Below, piece by piece: positions 1 to 20,169 of a DNA stretch of 64,000 nucleotides. Position 1 is the stretch's first letter. Each line of letters starts with the position of its first letter. The position numbers were made by a program, and so were the translations under genes. Under the pieces are notes generated by a model. That model was not told the DNA's origin, searched no databases, and worked only from the letters and a program-made list of their open reading frames with translations. Origin of the DNA: Nitrospirales bacterium (lineage in GTDB: Bacteria > Nitrospirota > Nitrospiria > Nitrospirales > UBA8639). The stretch spans positions 960,001 to 1,024,000 of the forward strand of contig CBDBCZ010000017.1 in the NCBI GenBank assembly GCA_965203295.1, given 5' to 3'.

Positions 1-491
1 AGGATACATCGCTGCAAATCATAGTAGAGAGAAAACGCCAGTCTGGGTCCCGACGTAGTAGATGTTTTTATCTCCAAATCACTAGGCATCCAGCTACCAT
101 GTGCATGCTCGCTGTCAATATCTGAACTCGATGAAGAATGGATTCTACACTCATAATCCATGCCTGGTATGGCAGGTTTGAACTGTCTGACGGTAGGACA
201 GTGATCTGTGCTCTGGCTCACACCACGACGTGGCACGTGGCCGGTCTTCTCGAGGGCCGGTTGCTGAGTAATAACGCCATCAGCGCAGACGCCAGGCTTG
301 GATTCGCCGTACTCCATTTGAAGCTGCGGAGGCTCAAATATCTTCTTCATTGGCACTAGCTGAAACTCGGGTACCTCAGCCACAGCTTCAGGCTGGGGTG
401 GAGTATTGAGCGTGCGATACTGAATGTGTGGGTATTGCTTCGTGACATCATCTTTGGCAAAACAGCAGCAGCAGCACTTTGGGCAGCTCAT
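1..491 (-). CDS. Synaptotagmin-like tandem-C2 protein, copy 1 (first coding exon, truncated by window start)
   Basis: ATG at 491 reads MSCPKCCCCCFAKDDVTKQYPHIQY...SSSSSDIDSEHAHGSWMPSDLEIKTSTTSGPRLAFSLYYDLQRCI, open to the window edge and collinear with copies 2-4. Putative upstream non-coding exon donor (AAG|GTGAGC) near 1138. Confidence 0.85.
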   Translation of the reverse strand, partial: MSCPKCCCCCFAKDDVTKQYPHIQYRTLNTPPQPEAVAEVPEFQLVPMKKIFEPPQLQMEYGESKPGVCADGVITQQPALEKTGHVPRRGVSQSTDHCPTVRQFKPAIPGMDYECRIHSSSSSDIDSEHAHGSWMPSDLEIKTSTTSGPRLAFSLYYDLQRCI

Positions 492-2216
492 TGTGATTCA
501 ATTGTTGTGTAGCTACACCAAAGGAAGACTGGCCTCATACAATCTGGCAGAAGAGTAATTATTAATGCCTGACTACACATACAGATTGCATGCATACCGT
601 ACAAATTACACTACACAAATTCATTTTCCCTAGCCACCTAGACAAATTTTGGGACAGTTTCTTTAATTAGAGAATTACCTTTGATGTCTGATGTCTATAG
701 TAAAATAGCTTTACATGTCGCTGGGCTCTGACTACGGTGGGGAGTTTGCCACCAAAATACACAATTTAAGCCAAATTGTATTTAAAACATTACTTGTCCA
801 TTTTAAGTAAAAAGTAGTGACTTTAATAGTGAACTATATACTAGTTTCAATAACTGCTAAATAAACATTAAACTCGAAAATGCCACAGAATGACTAAAAA
901 TTGATGCGGGTGGGGGTGGGCATACTCTTAAATGGTCCCCCCTCCCCTAGCTCGAAGACTGGCAACGTTATGCTCATCAAGATAATGCATACATACTCCC
1001 CCCTGTAACCATATGATAGCGTTGGTCGAAAATTGCCAGCTTGCGCATACACAGTACACAGCACACACATATAAGAGATTGTGCATGCCGCAAGTACAAA
1101 ATTCTACGCACTCAGAGACTGAGAACCTACGTGCTCACCTTATAAAATCGATACGTACATTCAACTGCCAGTAGCGGTTAGTTACCTGACGAAGCGCAGT
1201 AATATTAGTTTTGCGCATGCGCGCCGATGTCACTTTCTGTCTTTTTTATTAACTCTCAATTAACCAGCCATATTTGGCAAGTTTCCTTCTGAATGTTTTG
1301 TATTAAGCGTTAATGTAAAATCAGATTGATTACATGCTTTATTCCTATTTTCTAACATGGGCACATAATTAAACTGTGTCCCTGGCTGGGAAAGAGTATT
1401 AATCATAACACTAGCACTATACATGTACATGTACTAGGAACCTCATGACTAAATGGATGGACGGTGAAGGGTTAGGTTAGGGCCACGATCAGGGTTTTGT
1501 TTCTGGAAACACACTCCAGTAGAAAACCATACTTTAATAAGTTGCTAGAACGGTAATTCCGATAATATTTATGAGGGTATACAAGCCTACGCATTGCATA
1601 GTTTATTTTATTCCACATGTGTATTAAGTTAATTAACTAACCCAATCGGAACTAAGATATCTCACATAGATCCCTCATAGCATGCAACTTTGAAAAAGCC
1701 TCATAAATAGATGAATTGCATACTGACAGTGGGAGGTTTTGTATTTATCACTGTAGTAACAATTAGGTTAGTACAGCCTTAGCTCCATATCCTAAGTGTG
1801 CACAGCTTCAAGCGCAACTAAACAAATTATAGCTAGCTAATCTTATTTATTGCAATATGTAGCTAGCTATATACATGCAGAGCAGACTACCTTGTGATGA
1901 TGCAGCATGGATTTTTCATCCTGCCAGAATTATACAGTGGTTAACTATATTATATTCTATAAGAATGGGTGTGATCACATGATATAATATAATTCCATGA
2001 AATGCGCCAATTTCAATTTGCAACCATTGTGATGCTTTTAAGATATGGGGTCAGAAACAAACCATTTTGTCGGAAACTACTATTAATTTTTATTCAAACT
2101 GGTACCCAATAGTGATAATAATTTTGTGACATCATCATATGTGAATTAAGACTATAGAACTAACATTGACTCACTATTCCAGCACCTCATACATGTAATA
2201 ATATGAATAGTTTCAA

Positions 2217-2411
2217 TAGACCCTTTGCCACTATGATGTAATGGGGGGAAAAGTAGGCACTTAATGGAAAATTTACATGGAAACATGCATGTTTTGTGCA
2301 TTCATGTTTAATATTTACATGGAAGCATAAAAACATGCACGTTTTCATGTAGCTATTTTCTCCATTTAGTGCCTCCTTTTACCCACATTACATCATAGTG
2401 GTAAAGGGTCT
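2217..2411. mobile_element. Palindromic MITE (related copy about 53979-54165)
   Basis: AGACCCTTT.CCACTATGATGTAATG..G is inverted at CCCACATTACATCATAGTGGTAAAGGGTCT. Confidence 0.6.
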
Positions 2412-2873
2412 GTACTACAGTAAAGGGTGACTCACTGCACTAGTATAATAAATAAATAAATAATCTTCCTGCATAAATTATGTCCACACACCTGTATACT
2501 TGAATGCAAGGATATTATGATGTAACCCACACATGTACAGCTGGACCAGGCATCCCACATTAGACTCTTAACTTACTTCAGGTTTTGCCAAGACGAGCTC
2601 TGAGATGAACCTCAAGAGGAGACAATAACACACCTTTCCCCTCTACCTACAGACTCTGCCACTGTGATTACCGTTTGGTAATGTGTATAGAGAGCTATAA
2701 GCTGTAGTTGAATATTCAAAAGGAACTTATTATTATTTCTGATATCATGTCTTAAGCATAATCAGTGGAATAATGTTTACTGCTGAGCAAATTGAATTGT
2801 ACAAAAACAAGTGCTATAAGATACATAGATAGAAGTTCTTTCTGATATTACTATGACTGCTTCAGTCTATCCT

Positions 2874-5214
2874 CTATTGTGGTGGATGAATCGAATGCCA
2901 GCGACTCACTCGGTGCCTCGGTGAACCCATTATCTCTTCCCAGTGACTTCTTCCCGATTCGTGGGGAGAGTGCTCACCAATGATTATCACTCCTACAAGT
3001 TCGTTTGTCTTGAACCGGTCATAGTCCATGACTAGGATTTCCAGGCTAATACCTGACGGATTCATCCTTGCCACATCAAAAACAAAGGATTCGTTGAACA
3101 CAGGAATAAGGGTGTTTTTCTTCACTGATGTTTTCCATTTTGTGATTCTCTTACCGTCGTGAACCAGGTAGATTTTGACATAGGGATCTGTGAATGCGGC
3201 AAGAAATGGTGAATGCATTAAAAATTATATAGCTATACTGACAGTAAAGTGTTGAGTATATGGCATGCACTAGTGGTTGTATGTACACAAAGAATGCCTA
3301 TATGTAGGCACTCATATGACATATGGAATCTATACATGAGGCAGGAAAAAAAGGATGTTTCATGTATTGGCGACTATTACGGTATACTGCAGCTGGAACG
3401 CTGTGTACACAGAGTCATTGTGCTAGCTATTTAAATTTACACTGCATGGAATGTGGCAGCAGCTTGTAGTGCTATAATTGCACTGTGTGAGATTCAGTAA
3501 GACTACCACATAATTATTATGGGTTCCCTCAGTCAATGGCATCATTAGCCTTGTTCCCAGGCTCTCTGCCCAGCTTTTTTCAGCTTATTTTACTATGTGC
3601 GAAAAAAAGCTGGGCAGAGAGCCTGGGAACGAGGCTATGGCATCATAGTATCTGCATGACACATCCAATGAAAAGTATTACCATAGATCTAGAAAAGGAC
3701 TGTAATACCACCGGGAATACAGCTATTTATATGCAAATGTGTTTGAAAAATACTTGTCTTCATTACGTAAAGTGCATGATCATAATTTTGTGTTGAGTAG
3801 TTGTTGCTATAAGTATTGGTGCAACCTGTTTACCTGCTAGCCCAACCATGTCCTGCTTTTGAAGTCCAGTTGCTTTAAGAATGATTCCTTTCAGCTGGCA
3901 GGCAGCGGGTTTGTACGATAGAAAAATTAGGAGCTCACCCTTTTCATTCTAAAGGAAAAAGAGGATATCAGCTTTTTGGCACACAGTGCATTACAGATGG
4001 AAGCAATTACTTCACACTACGCAACCCAACTTTGTCAGTGCAAAACTTTGATTAGAAGATTTGTAGCCAAGTAATCTAACATAGATCAGAAATTTTTTTT
4101 CGCTGTTAATTTTTTTTGCCGGTTACGTTGGCGGTGAAAATTAAATGCACGAAAATTTTCTATGCGTTTTAACGCACATTCAATTTTCGCTGCGCGGCGA
4201 AAGGTAAACGCACGAATATTTCTTCCGCGAAAAAAACATATGCCCGAACTATGGTATGTAGTAAACTACATGTATATGAATAAGTTCAACACTAGTAGAT
4301 CTCCCCATGGAAAGTGTGGGCTTACTTGTATAGACCCCATGGACACTATCCACACAGTAAAAAGTTCATACCCCTGTTTCCTGGGCTTTCTCATCAATTG
4401 CAGTGGTCGTAGTGGCACCATAGAGGTCGGCTTCTTTCAGGGGCAATGTCGAAGTTCCGATGAAGTCATTCTTGGTGTAAACTTTGAACATAATGGTCTG
4501 GCATCGAATATCATCTGGAAGAACATTCTTGAATTCAAAGTGCTCTTTAAAACAGGGGTTCAGTGTTTTGTACACTACTTTTGATTGAAAAATTTCTTCC
4601 CTGCTTGGATTTAAGTACATCACCACAAAAGGGTCACTTGTTCCCCTCCGATCTTTTACGGGGAGGTTGGAAGCTTCAAATAAGGTGAGAGTGAGGACAC
4701 AACGCTGAATATCATAGTAGAGAGAAAAGGTCAGTCTGGGTCCTAATTTGGTTTCCTCATTCAACATAGTTGATGTTTTCGTCTCCAAATCACTAGGCAT
4801 CCAGCTACCATGTGCATGCTCGCTGTCAATATCTGAACTAGATGAAGAATAGATTCGGCTCTCAAAATTCATGCCTAGCGGGGAAGGTTTGAAATGACTA
4901 ATAGCAGAAGAAGAATCTTCCGTGCTCTGGCTTACGCTACGGTGTGACATGTGGCCAACCTGCTTGAGGACTGGTTGCTGCGTAATAACTTCATCAGCAG
5001 CAAAGTCAGGCTTGGCTCCATATTCGGTTTGATGTTGCGGAAGCTCAAAAATTTTCTTCATTGGAACTTGGTGAAACTCGGGTACCTCAGCCAAGAGTTT
5101 AGGCTGGGGTGGAGTATTGAACCTGGTCATGGCTTGATATTCAACGTGAGGGTACTGCTTTGCTACATCCTCTTTGGAAAAGCAGCAGCAGCAGCAGAAC
5201 TTTAGGCAGTTCAT
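2874..5214 (-). CDS. Synaptotagmin-like protein, copy 2 (Cys cluster, C2A, C2B; about 423 aa; 3 coding exons)
   Basis: Exons 5214-4372, 3948-3834, 3187-2874, all GT-AG, total 1272 nt in frame. C2A motifs LPVKDRRGTSDPFV and TLNPCFKEHFEF. C2B motifs GELLIFLSY, QDMVGLADPYVK, KWKTSVKKNTLIPVFNESF, MDYDRF, HWEEI..PRHRVSRWHSI. Confidence 0.9.
3546..3637. mobile_element. Short TAG..CTA hairpin element with 9-bp TSD (family copies at about 24018, 33543, 39327, 40005, 40076-40334, 40603, 47386-47437, 48891-48996, 49687-49782, 56267)
   Basis: TIR TAGCCTYGTTCCCAGGC or TAGTCTCGTGCCCAGCC. TSDs seen: TGGCATCAT here, GTAGAGCCT at 40076, GGTGCGAGT at 47386, CTGGCTGGC at 48891. Confidence 0.8.
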
Positions 5215-5284
5215 TGTGTTTCAGTTGCTGTGTACACCAAAGAGAGATTGCCTTGTTGAGTAGAGAGGTATATAGCAGCTAGCT

Positions 5285-5591
5285 CACTGCAAAAATAAAG
5301 TGGTTTGTTTAAACCCACATAAGGTTACCTCAGTTGCAGCCCCAGTACCAGAGAATGTGCAGTTACGTGCAGTGCAATTAGATCACTTTACTCAGGAAGC
5401 CAAGCTAAATCTTTTTTTTCTTTGGTGAGACTAGGAACAGGATATGTGTTACTAAATGTTCTAATGGATCTTTCCTTTTTTCTGAAATTGGAGAAATTGA
5501 AGTGCTCTACTTGTTTACGTACACATTGTTTTGTAGACTGCAACTGAGATAACCCCAGCTGGTTTGAAACCATCCTTTGCTTTTTGCAGTG
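5285..5591. mobile_element. CACTG-ended (CMC/EnSpm-like) MITE (copies at about 10798-11124, 13352-13671, 18368-18694)
   Basis: TIR CACTGCAAAAA..TTTTGCAGTG with inner inverted CTCAGTTGCAG/CTGCAACTGAG. Confidence 0.6.
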
Positions 5592-6610
5592 AGGGTAAAG
5601 GGGTAGTGAAGTAGAGGGTATAGCGAAGTAGTGGGGTAGAGGTATCAGGGTAAAAGGAGTAGAATTTAATCCCTATAGGAAGAAAACTGTTACAGTAACA
5701 GTATAGAGGTATATTCCCAAAAACTTCCGAACACCTATAGAGGAATGAGAAGCTTTAACATAATACAACAGAAGTACTGTAAGCAGCACCATATAAAGAA
5801 GAGAAAAAATACCCTTGCACACAGCATATTAATATGGCTCTTTGAGGGAGCTTACAACAGAATTACATGCAGTCACGTCAGTTTTGGTAAGCTTAATAAA
5901 ATGACAGCACCGGTAGAACTAGCTACGAGCTAGTAGACTAAGTGTAAATCACGGCTCAGGAATTTAATTATGCTATATAGTATGGACTCTGACAATGTTG
6001 GGGAGGTCTGTGTGTATGGGATTGAGGCTGTTTTAATCTTGTCCAAAAGGAGCTTATAAATTAGCATTTGCAAATACATGCGTGGTAAAGCAGTACACTG
6101 TAAAAATAAATCGGTTATATGAGTTACTACAGAATTCAGGGTAACTAGCTACAAGGTGGGTAACTTGAAAAGTTACAAACTGGAGTTTCCATTGTCACTA
6201 GCTACAAACCTGTTCGTGCCCTCCTGTGCATTTTATTCCAAAACTAACATGAGTGTAGTTTTCTTGCAAGCTCACTCCATGAGTCAGACATATTATGCCA
6301 TGTGCAAGGGTATCTTTCCTCCTGTATATGGTACTGTTTAGTCTGAGTAATTTATCAGCTTCTGCTTTGCCTTGTTCAGCTTCTCATTTGTGCTTTCCTT
6401 CCTGCCTTATTGCCATCTTGCAATTTCAGAGTCAGGCTTCGTCATGGTCATGGTCATGATCGTGATCGTCATCGTCATCTGATTTGTTTGTTTCTTTTAA
6501 TCGAATCACTAATTACTTATAAGTAGCACTATTTACATAAGTGTACCAAAACAGGTTAATTAGGGACTCCACCATGCCACAGTGTGTTGCTGCACGTTAC
6601 AGTAGCTATA

Positions 6611-6789
6611 CAGTGGAACCCCTCTTAAAGGACACCCCTGAAATAAGATCACCTCTGTATTAAGGACACTTTGCTATGTCCCAAATACGCTTTCTTAATG
6701 TAAATTTACCCCTGAAATGAGGACACCTCTTTATATATGCAGGACACTCTACCAGGTCCCCAAGGTGTCCACAATCAGGGGTTCCACTG
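6611..6789. mobile_element. Tc1/mariner-pogo-like MITE family (further copies at about 13751-13929, 37309-37485, 49020-49190, 56715-56903, 57328-57685, 61337-61470)
   Basis: TIR CAGTGGAACCCCT...AGGGGTTCCACTG flanked by TA, with internal AGGACAC repeats, in multiple copies. Confidence 0.8.
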
Positions 6790-7555
6790 TATTAAACATC
6801 ACATCTCTTGGGCGATAATATTAATGCAAGCCACTGTCTACCTATATTTATAGACATGATGTATATATATAGATATTATACTGCTCACAGCAAAGTGGCG
6901 AATGGTCGGCAGAAGTCGGTTAGGGTCAACCTCGGAGTTAGGGCTATATAGGGATAGGGCTAGGGCTAGGGTTAAGCTCAGGGTTGGGCCTATATAGAGG
7001 CTAACCGTTGAGTTGAAAGCTAGCTGTTTGTTAGTGGTACACGCGTGCAGCTACAATCATGCTTTCCCCATGCCCGAACTAACTACGTAGACGCACACGC
7101 ACATGCATGGTGCCACTGTGAGTGCATACATTTGAATGGACAATATCTGCACAAGTCAAACACATTCGCGCACTTGACTACTTAGGCCCTGTTACAGTAT
7201 TATATCTCGATACTGACGCAATGCAGCTGACTCAACGGTTTAGCCTCTAGCCCTACCCTGACCTAGCTATAACCATAACCCTAGCCCTAGCCCTAACTCT
7301 ATAACACTAACTTCCCGCCAGACACTGTACACGCGCACAACTGCGCACTCGTTCATTTACTCACCGTGAAGGGCCTAGGGCAGGCGGCCACACTGATTGT
7401 TTTCTTCCAGGCGCGGCGCTAGGCAGAGCAAGAGAATTTAATACTATAGCTCGGAATTGCACTTCCATGCGCTTGTCGTATGTTTTTCCTGCTAAGGGTC
7501 ATATAGGAAGAGCGGCACCGCGAAAATTATACTTGCGCGAAGTTTAGTAGGGTTA

Positions 7556-7885
7556 GGGGGCATCTTCTAATGAAAATTGTCCGCTTAGCGTCATAGTGAC
7601 GCTAAAAAATACCCCCCTCCCCCCCCCCCCCCCCTTAACGTCACGCATATATTATGTAATTATGGATGTTGTCTGTTTCATTTCTCTGCAGAGTGAACAT
7701 AGACAGACTATACACATTTAATGTGCATGTAAACTTGTACATGTAACAAAATACTTCTTGTAAGGTAGCGCTTCGCCAAACAATGTAGTGCTTATGTCGT
7801 CACAGAACTTACTCACGCTCAAACCCCCTCCACCCTTAACGTCACTGTGACGCTAAGCGTACAATTTTCAATTGGAGATGCCCCC
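7556..7885. mobile_element. PIF/Harbinger-like MITE
   Basis: TIR GGGGGCATCT..GAAAATTGT.CGCTTAGCGTCA.AGTGACG with TTA target duplication (7553-7555, 7886-7888). Empty site at the paralogous position near 14754. Confidence 0.8.
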
Positions 7886-9498
7886 TTAGGCCGGCATATT
7901 TTTCAATATAGTATCTCTGATTAAATCCATTGAAGAATACCGCGAACAAACAGCTATCTTGCTAATAATTAATAGCTAAGGCAAGGAGTCAACATCCTAG
8001 CTACTGGCTGCGCGGTAGTACTCTATATAATATGTGTATGGATGCATTAAAATAAATGGCCTCCCATGCATTAAATGTGTACAAAAGGACATGTTCAAAA
8101 CTCTGCTGTAGGTGTAGTCTAAGGCTAATATGAGCCCTATACTAGTTTTTCTCGAGCGTTGTCATCATAAATTATAACTATAATATGAACTAAGACCAAA
8201 ACGTAACTTACTAGGGAACGTAGTGATATAAAGTCCCAGAGAATCCATGCAAGTGAGTAGCATGTATAGCTCAGCAATGTCTAATTCTGCCCCTGCAAAC
8301 TTCAAAGTTTGCTCTATACCAGTAGTAGCTGCAATGTCAAGCCCTGAGCTGAACCTCAAGCGGAGACAAGAATGCCACTTTTCCATGTCTGTGACCCGTA
8401 CACTGCACACTGTTAAAATATGCACAAATGACTGGTGGGTTGTTGCTTGAGTTTCAACATGCATGCATAGATATAACTGCAGCAACGTTACTTGTCTCTG
8501 AGTCTTCCTCTGCCTCCTCTATACATGGATTCACCTTAGTGATGCACTTTAATCATCTGTATCGGTAAACGCTTTCACATTCTTTGACCCGCAGCAATCA
8601 ATCTGTATCCATGCTTGTAGTGTGTTGAAACTCAAACAATAACCCCACTAGTCAAGATGACAATTCTATTTTTAAAGTAGCTGTGTAGTCACTTCACTGA
8701 TACATCATGGTGCTACGGAGGCCCCGAGAGAAGGTAGCACAGCAACAGCCAGCTTGCAGGATGTGACCAATCTGAGGCCAAACAATGGTGCACACAATTT
8801 TAGAGGGAGAGCTTGGCAATCAATGAATGTCCAGGGGAGGAGCAATAAACTGGGCCACAGTTATGGGTGCATGTACATTGAGTATACATGAGTCACAAAC
8901 TGAGTGTGGATAAACAACAGTCGCTTGGAATTGTCATAGTAGCTAAGTAGATGTTAGATCAGCAAATCCATAAAATTCAATGAATGCATTTCCATGAACA
9001 TGAGAGAAACAATGACATACTGTGGCAGCTATTGGATACTACACTCTGAGGTGATTTGAGTGCCTGCCTATAGTCTCTGAGAGTGGTCACCTTTAATGTA
9101 CGTATGTCAATTTCATGCTTCATGCTTATTGTGTCAATGAGTAGGACATGCATCTGATTCATTAAAATTAAGTTCAGAGATGAACCTACATTGTGAGACG
9201 TCACGTTTGATTTCATGCTTCATGCATGGGTCATGCTTATGGTATGTGTCAATAAATGGTTCATCACTGATACATTTCCTTGTTCATAATATTTGCATTG
9301 AATATCAAAAGACGATAAATGTTACATGACATTACATCCTTACCAGTGAATACAAACTGAAACATAATAGTGCTGTGCTAACAACGTATAGAGATATACA
9401 GTATTACAGAGGACAGGAAAGTACTATATACTATGAACAGATAATGAGCAGATAGTTACACTTTTTATATAGCAGCATGCATGTAAGTTTTTAACTTC

Positions 9499-13278
<3,780 letters not shown>

Positions 13279-14905
13279 TGTGTTTCAGTTGCTGTGTACA
13301 CCAAAGAGAGATTGCCTTGTTGAGTAGAGAGGTATATATATAGCAGCTAGCTCACTGCAAAAATAAAGTGGTTTGTTTAAACCCACATAAGGTTACCTCA
13401 GTTGCAGCCCCAGTACCAGAGAATGTGCAGTTACGTACAGTGCAATAAGATTACTTTACTCAGGAAGCCAAGCTAATTCTTTTTTTTCTTTGGTGAGACT
13501 AGGAACAGGATATGTGTTACTAATTGTTCTAATGGATCTTTCCTTTCTTCTGAAATTGGAGAAATTGGGTGGTAAAGTGCTCTACTTGTTTACGTACACA
13601 TTGTTTTGTAGACTGCAACTGAGATAACCCCAGCTGGCATGGTTTGAAACCATCCTTTACTTTTTGCAGTGAGGGTAAAGGGGTAGTGAAGTAGAGGGTA
13701 TAGCGAAGTGCCACAGTATGTTGCTGCATGTTACAGTTACTGTAGCTATACAGTGGAACCCCTCTTAAAGGACACCCCTGAAATAAGAACACCTCTGTAT
13801 TAAGGACACTTTGCTATGTCCCAAATACACTTTCTTAATGTAAATTTACCCCTGAAATGAGGACACCTCTTTATATATACAGGACACTCTACCAGGTCCC
13901 CAAGGTGTCCACAATTAGGGGTTCCACTGTATTAAACATCACATCTCCTGGGCGATAATATTAATGCAAGCCACTGTCTACCTATATTTATAGACATGAT
14001 GTATATATATAGATATTATACTGCTCACAACAAAGTGGCGAATGGTCGGCAGAAGTCGGTTAGGGTCAACCTCGGAGTTAGGGCTATATAGGGATAGGGC
14101 TAGGGTTAAGCTCAGGGTTGGGCCTATATAGAGGCTAACCGTTGAGTTGAAAGCTAGCTGTTTGTTAGTGGTACACGCGTGCAGCTACAATCATGCTTTC
14201 CCCATGCCGGAACTAACTATGTAGACGCACACGCACATGCATGGTGCCACACGTGCACGCAAAACGTGCATGCTGTGAGTGCATACATTTGAATGGACAA
14301 TATCTGCACAAGTCAAACACATTCGCGCACTTGACTACTTAGGCCCTGTTACTGAGTATTATATCTCGATACTGACGCAATGCAGCTGACTCAACGGTTT
14401 AGCCTCTAGCCCTACCCTGACCTAGCTATAACCATAACCCTAGCCCTAGCCCTAACTCTATAACACTAACTTCCCGCCAGACACTGTACACGCGCACAAC
14501 TGCGCACTCGTTCATTTACTCACCGTGAAGGGCCTAGGGCAGGCGGCCACACTGATTGTTTTCTTCCAGGCGCTAGGCAGAGCAAGAGAATTTAATACTA
14601 TAGCTCGGAATTGCACTTCCTACTGATATTAATTTTGGGCAGACTGAAGCCGTTGCATGCGCTTGGCGTATGTTTTCCTGCTACACAATTGCTGAGGGTC
14701 ATGTAGGAAGAGCGGCACCGCGAAAATTATACTTGCGCGAAGTTTAGTAGGGTTAAGCCGGCATATTTTTCAATATACATGTAGTATCTCTGATTAAATC
14801 CATTGAAGAATACCGCGAACAAACAGCTATCTTGCTAACAATTAATTATAGCTAATAAGGCAAGGAGTCAACATCCTAGCTACTGGCTGCGCGGTAGTAC
14901 TCTAT

Positions 14906-15478
14906 CAGAATGAGGGGGTAAGCTGAAGCTTTACAAACTGTTTAAGGCTGAACCCACTCCTGCCAGTTATGTCCTGTCCCCACTTGATCCTGGGCCAAGG
15001 TGGGTGATGGCTTCGCTCTGGGCTGGGTGTCTGCCTTTGGGGGTGGAGACCGGGCGTTACCGGATTCCTAAGGTTCCCCTGGAGCGGCGGGTCTGTCAGG
15101 TTTGCAATTCAGATTTAGTCGAGGATGAACTTCATTTCATTATGGTATGTAATAAACTCGAACTTGAAAGAAATAAATTACTATATTATATCACTCAAAA
15201 GGACCTGTCATTTATGCACCTAAATCCTTTTAATAAGTTTTTGTATATATTAAGTAATGAATCATATTGTCAGAACTTAATTGCTAAATCATTGTATAAA
15301 ATGTTCAAATTACGTTCTTCTTTTTTGTATAAGTCATGATTTTTCATACTCATAGCGACTCACTGACTTATAAGCCATATATTGGCTGGGCACCATTATA
15401 TGTACGTAATCTTCTGTATTATATATACGTATAATGGGCATGTCAGTCTAATAAAATTTGATTGATTGATTGATTGAT
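14906..15478 (+). mobile_element. 5'-truncated non-LTR retrotransposon 3' end (RTEX-like)
   Basis: ORF KLKLYKLFK..LGVETGRYRIPKVPLERRVCQVCNSDLVEDELHFIMVC is a typical LINE ORF2 C-terminal Cys/His motif. It ends in AATAAA plus a (TTGA)n tail and is absent at the paralogous site near 8025. Confidence 0.8.
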
Positions 15479-16929
15479 ATGTGTATGGATGCATTAAAAT
15501 AAATGGACTCCCTTGCATTAAATGTGTACAAAAGGACATGCTCAAAACTCTGCTGTAGGTGTAGTCTAAAGCTAATATGAACCCTATACTAGTTTTTCTC
15601 GAGCGTTGTCATCATAAATTATAACTACAATATGAACTAAGACCAAAACGTAACTTACTAGGGAACGTAGTGATATAAAGTCCAAGAGGATCCATGCAAG
15701 TGAGTAGCATGTATAGCTCAGCAATGTCTAATTCTGCCCCTGCAAACTTCAAAGTTTGCTCTATACCAGTAGTAGCTGCAATGTCAAGCCCTGAGCTGAA
15801 CCTCAAGCGGAGACAAGAATGCCACTTTTCCATGTCTGTGACCCGTACACTGCACACTGTTAAAATATGCTCAAATGACTGGTGGGTTGTTGCTTGAGTT
15901 TCAACATGCATGCATAGATATAGCTAACTGCAGCAACGTTACTTGTCTCTGAGTCTTCCTCTGCCTCCTCTATACATAGATTCACCTTAGTGATGCACTT
16001 TAATCATCTGTATTGGTAAACGCTTTCACATTCTTTGACCCGCAGCAATCAATCTGTATCCATGCTTGTAGTGTGTTGAAACTCAAACAATAACCCCACT
16101 AGTCAAGATGACAATTCTATTTTTAAAGTAGCTGTGTAGTCACTTCACCGATACATCATGGTGCTACGGAGGCCCCGAGAGAAGGTAGCACAGCAACAGC
16201 CAGCTTGCAGGATGTGACCAATCTGAGGCCAAACAATGGTGCACACAATTTCAGAGGGAGAACTTGGCAATGAATGTCCAGGGGAGGAGCAATAAACTGG
16301 GCCACAGTTATGGGTGCATGTACATTGAGTATACATGAGTCACAAACTGAGTGTGGATAAACAACAGTCGCTTGGAATTGTCATAGTAGCTAAGTAGATG
16401 TTAGATCAGCAAATCCATAAATGCATTTCCATGAACATGAGAGAAACAGTGGCAGCTATTGGATACTATACTCTGAGGTTATTTGAGTGCCTGCCTATAG
16501 TCTCTGAGAGTGGTCACCTTTAATGTACGTATGTCGATTTCATGCTTCATGCTTATTGTGTCAATGCATGAGTAGGACATGCATCTGATTCATTAAAATT
16601 AAGTTCAGAGATGAACCTATATTTTGGAACGTCACCTTTGATTTCATGCTTCATGCATGGGTCATGCTCATGGTATGTGTCAATAAATGGTTCATCACTG
16701 ATACATTTCCTTGTTCATAATATTTGCATTGAATATCAAAAGACAATAAATGTTACATGACATTACATCCTTACCAGTGAATACAAACTGAAACATAATA
16801 GTGCTGTGCTAACAACGTATAGAGATATACAGTATTACAGAGGACAGGAAAGTACTATATACTATGAACAGATAATGAGCAGATAGTTACACTTTTTATA
16901 TAGCAGCATGCATGTAAGTTTTTAACTTC

Positions 16930-19937
<3,008 letters not shown>

Positions 19938-20169
19938 TGTGCTTTGTTTACCTACAATTGTTGAGCCCCCCTAACAAACACAAACATGCACCTATATATG
20001 GGACAAGAATGATATTATGTTACTGTATAGAATGTATATGCATGCTATCACTAAAGATGCTTTCCAGAAAATTGCAGTTCCTGATATATGGAAATTTGGA
20101 TTGGATATATGGAAATTTAGATTGAGCATTATTATTAACACATAATATATTATGTGTTAATTATAATGC

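Noticed and set aside
8165..8485. 106-aa ORF also present at 15612-15911
   Set aside because: Its conservation is explained by the recent duplication; no recognisable domain or exon chain.
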